From a virus: a stretch of 64,000 bases of DNA. Made by a program: the position numbers and the translations under genes. Location: the IMG/VR virus record IMGVR_UViG_3300042691_016420, positions 1 through 64,000 of that record. One strand, written 5' to 3'. The notes under the pieces were generated by a model that made no database searches, was not told where the DNA came from, and worked only from the letters and a program-made list of their open reading frames with translations. Within the stretch, counting starts at the first letter, position 1. The number at the start of each line of letters is the position of its first letter. Below are positions 58,123 through 64,000 of this stretch, in pieces.

Positions 58123-58154
58123 AAAAAGAAAGAGGGAAGATTTCTCTTCCCCCT
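58123..58154 (-). terminator. Intrinsic terminator after auxiliary capsid gene
   Basis: Minus strand AGGGGGAAGA-GAAA-TCTTCCCTCT followed by TTCTTTTT. Confidence 0.8.
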
Positions 58155-58178
58155 AACTGTGAGTCTCCGATTTATATC

Positions 58179-59501
58179 TTAGGCATTAAGGAAAGTAAAT
58201 GAACCCCAACCTGAAACAGTATATGTTCCAAGCCAAGCATCTAAAATATCAAGGAAGTGGCCTACTGAACCAGTTGGAGTAGGTGTTACATCAAATTGAC
58301 CAGTATCAGCAATAAAAGGAGCAGCAATTACAACAGTTTGTAAAAACTCACTTTGATTAGATTGCATCACATTATACCCCCAATTTGAAACATATGATAA
58401 CGCAACTGTACAATAGAAAGTTCCAGGAGTTGCATTCAAAGGGAATGTTTCAAATGGGAACTCTCTGTAGTTAATCAAAGGATTAGAGTTAGTGTAAGCT
58501 TTTTCTTCAAGATCTCTAATTTGACGATAAGAACCAATTGGATAAACAGGAGCAGTTGCAGAAATAGTAATAAGACCAGCATCATTACCTTTAGGAGTAA
58601 TTACTACAAAGTCTACCATTCTAAACTGATCATATCTATTTTTCTGAGTTTGAGCAACAGCATCAAATTCAAAAGTAAATGAAGTAGGAAAACTAGCAAC
58701 AGGTACAACATATGCTTGAGTAGCACCAGTACCAGTAGCTATTGTAGCAGTTGTTTCTTGGAAAGCAGTATCAAGAGTAATTTTACCAGTTTCTACTTTT
58801 TCAATAAGATACCAGCTAGTTCCAAGATTAAGGAGAACTCCAGCAACAACTGCAGCATTAAGAGCTCCTGTAAAAGTTACAACTCTAGAACCTCTAGTAG
58901 CTGTAAGAGCTTGACCAGCAGCAACAAAACCAGTAAATGAAGTAGATGGAGATTTTCTATAAACATTTACCAACTGATAAGGAGAACCTGCAGAGGTAAG
59001 AGGATTAGCAGCAAAACCTTTAGCAATAGTGCTAGCCATTTCCATTTTAACAAAACCATCTGAAGGAATGCTAGCAGGAGTAGTATAAGAACCAATAATT
59101 TCAGTGTTCTTATTATAAGTACCCATCCTCAAATCTTCCTTAATCTGTACTCCAATTGAGTAAGTAGTAGAAGCAGCAAGTGCAGTAGCTCCTACAGTAG
59201 CAGTAGCAGAGGCTTCAGCAACTGCAGCTAGTGCTGGTGAAGCTATAGCATTTTCATTATCTTGAGAAGCAGCAATATACTTAACATTACTTCTTGTAAT
59301 TGGTGTAGAAAACACAGGAGTGTTTACACCATTCTTGTTGATACAAGAAACAATCTTAATTGTTTTACCTGCAACATTACTGATTGTAAGAGCAGTATGA
59401 GTATCTGCATCTACAATAAGAAGATCTCCAGGGATCATTGTATCAACAGTTGTTCCACTAGCTGTAGATCCATCACCTACGAAAACTTTTAAAAGTTCCA
59501 T
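58179..59501 (-). CDS. Auxiliary/minor capsid protein
   Basis: A/T/V-rich beta protein, GSYRQIRDLE motif, followed by terminator. Confidence 0.6.
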   Translation of the reverse strand: MELLKVFVGDGSTASGTTVDTMIPGDLLIVDADTHTALTISNVAGKTIKIVSCINKNGVNTPVFSTPITRSNVKYIAASQDNENAIASPALAAVAEASATATVGATALAASTTYSIGVQIKEDLRMGTYNKNTEIIGSYTTPASIPSDGFVKMEMASTIAKGFAANPLTSAGSPYQLVNVYRKSPSTSFTGFVAAGQALTATRGSRVVTFTGALNAAVVAGVLLNLGTSWYLIEKVETGKITLDTAFQETTATIATGTGATQAYVVPVASFPTSFTFEFDAVAQTQKNRYDQFRMVDFVVITPKGNDAGLITISATAPVYPIGSYRQIRDLEEKAYTNSNPLINYREFPFETFPLNATPGTFYCTVALSYVSNWGYNVMQSNQSEFLQTVVIAAPFIADTGQFDVTPTPTGSVGHFLDILDAWLGTYTVSGWGSFTFLNA

Positions 59502-59535
59502 TTTTTTAAATTTGTTTTTTAGTTATAAAATTTAT

Positions 59536-60171
59536 TTAAGTTACATCTTTAATTTGCACCTTAGACGGAGTCCTTTCAGACCCATATGTCTCAAGTGCAT
59601 ATATAACAGCTAGATTTATTATCTGCTCATGTAAAGCAGGATGTAAATCAGATGTTATATTCTGTTTATACGAGACTTGAATTGGTTTCTTTAAATAAAC
59701 CATATCAAACTTCTTAAGAATACTTCCTTTTGGAATATATGCTAAGATTTGAGATACTTTAAAGAATATTGCAATCTCAGTATCATCACTTCTTTCAAAG
59801 GGATTAGAGATTACTTTAGTCTCTGTATCAAGAATATGTCTTACTGTTCTTACTTTGCCCTCTATACCATTTATCTCAAGAGTAGCATTAGATTGTAGGT
59901 GAAAATAATAATCTGCAGGTAGAGTTACTGCATACACATCATCATCAAAAGTATCTAACTGAAATGGACAAGAAGTACGAAGAGTTTGAGTAGAGAGTAC
60001 ATCAGAGAGTTTCTGTGTAGCCTCAAACCCTTCATAAGCATCTTGTACAATCTTATTGATAGCTTTATTAAAGAAGACATCAACCACTTCAGGTTGTAGA
60101 CGTAGAGCACTCTCAGTATCAAGAGTATCTAGTTGAACCTTAAATGCTTGATGCCATTCTTTAATATTCAT
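59536..60171 (-). CDS. Head-tail ring/connector protein
   Basis: FFNKA, YLKKP, LHEQIINLAV. Confidence 0.6.
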   Translation of the reverse strand: MNIKEWHQAFKVQLDTLDTESALRLQPEVVDVFFNKAINKIVQDAYEGFEATQKLSDVLSTQTLRTSCPFQLDTFDDDVYAVTLPADYYFHLQSNATLEINGIEGKVRTVRHILDTETKVISNPFERSDDTEIAIFFKVSQILAYIPKGSILKKFDMVYLKKPIQVSYKQNITSDLHPALHEQIINLAVIYALETYGSERTPSKVQIKDVT

Positions 60172-60174
60172 ATC

Positions 60175-61038
60175 TTATGCAGTTAACATCTTATCATACG
60201 CTTTCTCAACAAGATCTTTAAGCTCCTGATTCTTTTTATCTTTCAGGAATTTATAAATCTCATCAAAAGTAAAGCCTAGTTGGATACCATTAAACTTGTA
60301 TCCATTATTATCTTTAATAATAGCTCCAGAGAGATATAGTTGGTTATACTTATACTTCTCATCTACTGAAGGATCATTCATCAGAGCTACAAAAGTATCT
60401 GCCTGTTTAGGGGAACCCTCAATGTAGTCTGTAAGTCTCTCATCAATAGCGGCATCTAGAAGATTAGCTGCACTCTTACCAGTAATAACTGTAAAGTACT
60501 TTCTCTTATCTTCTGGAGTAAGAGTGAGATACTTAGCATAAGCCTCAGCTTTATGTCTTCTATTCTCAACCTTCTGCTTAGAAACTTCTGCAAGAGAAGT
60601 AAGCTCTAGCATAGCAGCTGAGGATGGGTTAGGGTTATTATAAGCAATAGAGGGGTTAGCAATCAGAAACTTAATCTTTAAGTTGTTCCATACTTCCTCA
60701 ATATCAGCTTCTCCTGTCTCAATAGTAAGACCAGTATCTTTACCCTCAGTATCTAGGTTAACTTCATAGTCTACCCAGAAACCATTATGCATTTCACCAA
60801 AACACTCAATTGGACTATCATACCAAAAGTTGCTTCTAGGAGAAAAGTAACCCATTGGTTTACCTAATTTCTCCTCAAAATATTTTTCATCTTCTTTAGT
60901 AAGACCAGTAATAAAGTTATTAGACATATCCTTGTATGCCACAATCCTATATTTAGTCTTATCAAATTGGGTAAACTTTTTACCACCTTTTGTAAATCCC
61001 CAAGAACTCTTAGGAATACTTCTTAATCTATACTTCAT
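60175..61038 (-). CDS. Conserved crAss-type structural/cargo protein downstream of MCP
   Basis: TGLTKEDEKYFEEKLG...SPRSNFW; start at ATG 61038. Confidence 0.6.
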   Translation of the reverse strand: MKYRLRSIPKSSWGFTKGGKKFTQFDKTKYRIVAYKDMSNNFITGLTKEDEKYFEEKLGKPMGYFSPRSNFWYDSPIECFGEMHNGFWVDYEVNLDTEGKDTGLTIETGEADIEEVWNNLKIKFLIANPSIAYNNPNPSSAAMLELTSLAEVSKQKVENRRHKAEAYAKYLTLTPEDKRKYFTVITGKSAANLLDAAIDERLTDYIEGSPKQADTFVALMNDPSVDEKYKYNQLYLSGAIIKDNNGYKFNGIQLGFTFDEIYKFLKDKKNQELKDLVEKAYDKMLTA

Positions 61039-61081
61039 AATTTTTAATTTTAATTCTTGTTGTTGCAAATATATGTTGAAA

Positions 61082-61120
61082 TAGGATAGGAAGACAGGAA
61101 AAATTCCTGCTCCTATCCTA
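61082..61120 (-). terminator. Long hairpin after major capsid gene (terminator or mRNA stabiliser)
   Basis: TAGGATAGGA..CAGGAA-AAA-TTCCTG.TCCTATCCTA; weak U-tract. Confidence 0.55.
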
Positions 61121-61137
61121 CAACAACATGAGAAAAA

Positions 61138-62592
61138 TTAGACGAATCTACCAATCTTAGCAGGAATCAGTTCACCAGCTGAAAGGGGATCTTTCAACAG
61201 GATACCAGACCTTCTAATCATGTGGATTTGAGCACCATCAAGGGCAGAACTAGAAGGAGCAAATCCTTGCTTATAGTTACCATTGATATCAGTCATACCT
61301 TCAATCTGGATTGAACCCATCTGAGCACCCTTAAGGGTTACTTTTACAAGGTTAGCACCATTAGCATTGTTACCAATATTGAAGATAGTGAAACGAGAGG
61401 ACTCCAGAGGATATCCAGTAGCAGGGTCAAGTTGTCTGTTAAGTACAATATCATCATACAGAGGACAATGTACTACAGTTACCTCAAGACCATTAGGGAA
61501 CATACAAGTTTTGAACTGAGAACCAAAGCTCATATTCATTCCAGTGCCAGATACAAACTGTCCACCTTCATAAACTTTAATAGAGAGGTTCTTAACTTTT
61601 TCCTGAATTGCTCTATCAAACTCAATCATACCCTGTCTTCCAGTCATCATAACAAACTTGAAGTCACCACCAGATTGACCATTAGCAATCCAAGAGAGGT
61701 TCATCAGGTAATCCTGAAGCATATCATAAGACAGTCTGTTATAAGTCTGCTTGTTTCTGTTAGAGATTTGTTGTCTCAGACCAGCACCTTCAATGATAGG
61801 TCTACCATTAGGTCCAAGGACATTACCTTTAGACATAGTACCATACATCAGAGCAATTTCTTCTCTCTTTAAGAGTTGAGCCATAGCTTCCCACTTAGCC
61901 TTCTCAATCCAAGAGAAAGTCTTAGATCCATCAGACTTGGTCAGCTCAATAGCAATCTTTTGCTTCATAGCTTCAGCAGAGATAGCATGCTCAATTCTGT
62001 GAGTAGTGAAGTAGTTCTCAAACTTAGCAGGAGAGAAGAAATCTACCCAACCACCTCTGTCCGACATCTCAGATACAGGAGAGTAAGCTCTACTAAGTTT
62101 AGCACCAGCAACTACATCATTAGGATCAAAATACTGAGCAGGGTCAGAGAATTGGAAAGTATATAACCAACCATTACCAGTCTGAATAGGATCAGCAATA
62201 ATGTTTACAAGAGCACCACTATCAGTTCTTACTTTATCAATACCAGAGAACCACTTCTCTTCCAAGGTCATTTGTACAGGAGCACAGTTAAGACCAAGGT
62301 TGGTACCAGTAGCACCAGCAGTAATCTTGATAGTTCTATCATTCATGTAAGCTACATCCCACTGATAGATATTGCTATCAATTTCCTTTTCCTCAATTCT
62401 ACCAAGAGCCTCAGTGAGACACTGGAGAGAGTGACCATATTGCTTACCAAGAAGGTAAGATACTACCTGTCCAAATTGGAAAGGTTTGCGAAGCAGTAAC
62501 TGATCAAGCTTGTTGCTATCAGTTAAAGCACCTGAGACTGCCCTGGCATCAATGAGCCTGGGGAGACTACTGGAATTTACGTTAACATCCAT
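61138..62592 (-). CDS. Major capsid protein
   Basis: 484 aa; GAGLRQQI, MTGRQGMIEFDRAI, HCPLYDD, DPATGYPLES; position between scaffold and ring genes. Confidence 0.85.
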   Translation of the reverse strand: MDVNVNSSSLPRLIDARAVSGALTDSNKLDQLLLRKPFQFGQVVSYLLGKQYGHSLQCLTEALGRIEEKEIDSNIYQWDVAYMNDRTIKITAGATGTNLGLNCAPVQMTLEEKWFSGIDKVRTDSGALVNIIADPIQTGNGWLYTFQFSDPAQYFDPNDVVAGAKLSRAYSPVSEMSDRGGWVDFFSPAKFENYFTTHRIEHAISAEAMKQKIAIELTKSDGSKTFSWIEKAKWEAMAQLLKREEIALMYGTMSKGNVLGPNGRPIIEGAGLRQQISNRNKQTYNRLSYDMLQDYLMNLSWIANGQSGGDFKFVMMTGRQGMIEFDRAIQEKVKNLSIKVYEGGQFVSGTGMNMSFGSQFKTCMFPNGLEVTVVHCPLYDDIVLNRQLDPATGYPLESSRFTIFNIGNNANGANLVKVTLKGAQMGSIQIEGMTDINGNYKQGFAPSSSALDGAQIHMIRRSGILLKDPLSAGELIPAKIGRFV

Positions 62593-62633
62593 TTTACTTT
62601 ATTTTGTTTTTAAGGTTTTACAATTTATTTTAC

Positions 62634-63608
62634 TTATATGATAATATCATCAAAGTCATCTATATTACTATTTCTCTTACTACCAGAAGAACCTGAACGG
62701 ATATTATTATCCTTTTGGCTCTTCAAAGCTTTAGAGAGTTTATCAGCAACATTAGTAGTAGCTCTTTTCTGTAAGTCCTCACTATTAAAGTTAGTATAGT
62801 ACATAAAGGCCATTACTAATTGTTTCTCATAATCCTGAGAATCTTCCTGTAACCTAGTTAAGCCACTCTTAGTAGGCTGTGTCATATAGTTAAAGAAATC
62901 ATCTCTGGTTCTTTTATCCATCTTAAATCCCTGTATCTCCTCAATACTGTTGATTGTTTGTCTAAGAGTTACCATTTGTTCTCTGGCATACTCTTCTTCC
63001 TCAATCTTCCTTTGTTCTAAGGAATTAAGATATTCTTGCATTTGAGCTCTTTGTGAGTTTACAAGAGCACTATGTGCTTCTTCTACCTCATTACCAAAAG
63101 TTCCATCATCTTTAGAACTCTCAATAAGACGAGCTATTCTATCTTCAGAAAGACCCTTAGCAGTATAGTAATCTATTACTACTTGCTCTTGAGTTCCTGC
63201 ATCAGACATATCTAACTCACTGTAATTTACTTCTCCATAAATCTGCATTACATCTTGGATTGAACCTCCATTCTGTACTACATCATAGAGCATTGCTAAC
63301 TCCTCATTCTCTTGGAATGCAGCAGCTAGTCTAGCATTTACAGTATCCTCAAGGAGTTCTTGAATACCATCTTCACTGACATCATACTCCTTGTCCTCAT
63401 CTGCAAATAAAACTCCCTTTTCTACCAAATCCTCCATGAGAATCTGATAAGGGGTTTTATCCTCTTCATTAATCTCCTCCTCATAATCTTGTTCTTTAGA
63501 TTCTTCATAAGAATCTTCAGTATCCTCAAGATTTTCCTCCTCTACATCTGTCTCTTCAGGTGTAGGTTTTACATTTTCTAATTCTTCTTCTACAAAATCA
63601 CCAAACAT
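62634..63608 (-). CDS. Acidic scaffolding-like protein
   Basis: Very D/E-rich, coiled coil, immediately upstream of MCP. Confidence 0.65.
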   Translation of the reverse strand: MFGDFVEEELENVKPTPEETDVEEENLEDTEDSYEESKEQDYEEEINEEDKTPYQILMEDLVEKGVLFADEDKEYDVSEDGIQELLEDTVNARLAAAFQENEELAMLYDVVQNGGSIQDVMQIYGEVNYSELDMSDAGTQEQVVIDYYTAKGLSEDRIARLIESSKDDGTFGNEVEEAHSALVNSQRAQMQEYLNSLEQRKIEEEEYAREQMVTLRQTINSIEEIQGFKMDKRTRDDFFNYMTQPTKSGLTRLQEDSQDYEKQLVMAFMYYTNFNSEDLQKRATTNVADKLSKALKSQKDNNIRSGSSGSKRNSNIDDFDDIII

Positions 63609-63673
63609 GTTGTTCTAATTTTAAATTGTTATACGGAAATTATTATACTATCTAATATTTATTATTAGATTTT

Positions 63674-64000
63674 TTATTTCATAAACTTTTTATATAGTGT
63701 TCTAGGAAGCATTTCATATGCTGAAGGTGCTGCTTTAGAAGCCATATACATAATATTTAACTTTTGTCCTAAACTAAAATCTTTTGTTTTTCCTTTAGTA
63801 TTTTTAGTTGTAGGATTTACCTTTTTTTCACCAGAATCTGTAGTTACAGGTTTTTGTTTTTCTTTATTAATTGAGGGTTGTTTACTAGGTTGATTAAAAG
63901 GTATATTAAATCCTGCCATAGCATATGGATTATTTTTCATTCTAACCAATTCTTGTCCTTGAATAGGATTATTTCTTTTTTTATAAAAATCTTTCCATTG
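63674..64000 (-). CDS. Hypothetical protein, partial (frame open to window end)
   Basis: QWKDFYKKRNNPIQGQELVRMK... no stop before 64000. Confidence 0.5.
   Translation of the reverse strand, partial: QWKDFYKKRNNPIQGQELVRMKNNPYAMAGFNIPFNQPSKQPSINKEKQKPVTTDSGEKKVNPTTKNTKGKTKDFSLGQKLNIMYMASKAAPSAYEMLPRTLYKKFMK

Noticed and set aside
998-62499. Numerous short antisense or alternate-frame ORFs in the track (e.g. 3089-3547, 14145-14336, 48529-48906, 61432-61872)
   Set aside because: Shadows of long genes with atypical composition and no motifs
62575-62581. CGTAAAT inside the MCP 5' end (and CGTAAAA at 49099) as promoters
   Set aside because: They lie downstream of the likely start codons, so they do not fit the pattern; treated as chance or unresolved
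1-64000. Stop-codon reassignment (TAG/TGA), known in some crAss-like phages
   Set aside because: Standard-code ORFs tile both arms densely, including 3903 aa uninterrupted, and TAG/TGA end genes at sensible junctions
1-64000. tRNA or rRNA genes
   Set aside because: Intergenic gaps are very short and none shows a cloverleaf or T-loop signature by eye; not machine-checked

Overview
AT-rich, CpG-poor 64 kb segment of a crAss-like (Crassvirales-type) phage, probably infecting a Bacteroidota host; standard genetic code. The + strand arm (1-13978) holds replication and nucleotide-metabolism genes: DnaB-like helicase C-terminus, an AAA ATPase split by a group I intron (571-1348) carrying an HNH homing endonuclease, SSB-like protein, primase, PD-(D/E)xK nucleases, class II RNR, MazG-like protein and ThyX. 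Directly after primase is a compact, apparently complete ubiquitin-like conjugation operon (Ubl precursor, E2-like, JAB/JAMM protease, E1/ThiF, one extra gene; 3841-7788), the most striking system in the window. The convergent - strand arm (13965-64000) is the virion module: scaffold, major capsid, ring/muzzle proteins, basic modular cargo proteins, a 3903-aa virion RNA polymerase with two zincin motifs, ferritin, an ART-like-domain cargo protein, u-spanin/holin and tail fibres. A CGTAWAW motif (mostly CGTATAA) recurs upstream of late genes, often 10-13 nt before the ATG, suggesting a late promoter that makes leaderless mRNAs. All annotations come from motif reading and recalled family knowledge; no searches were run.
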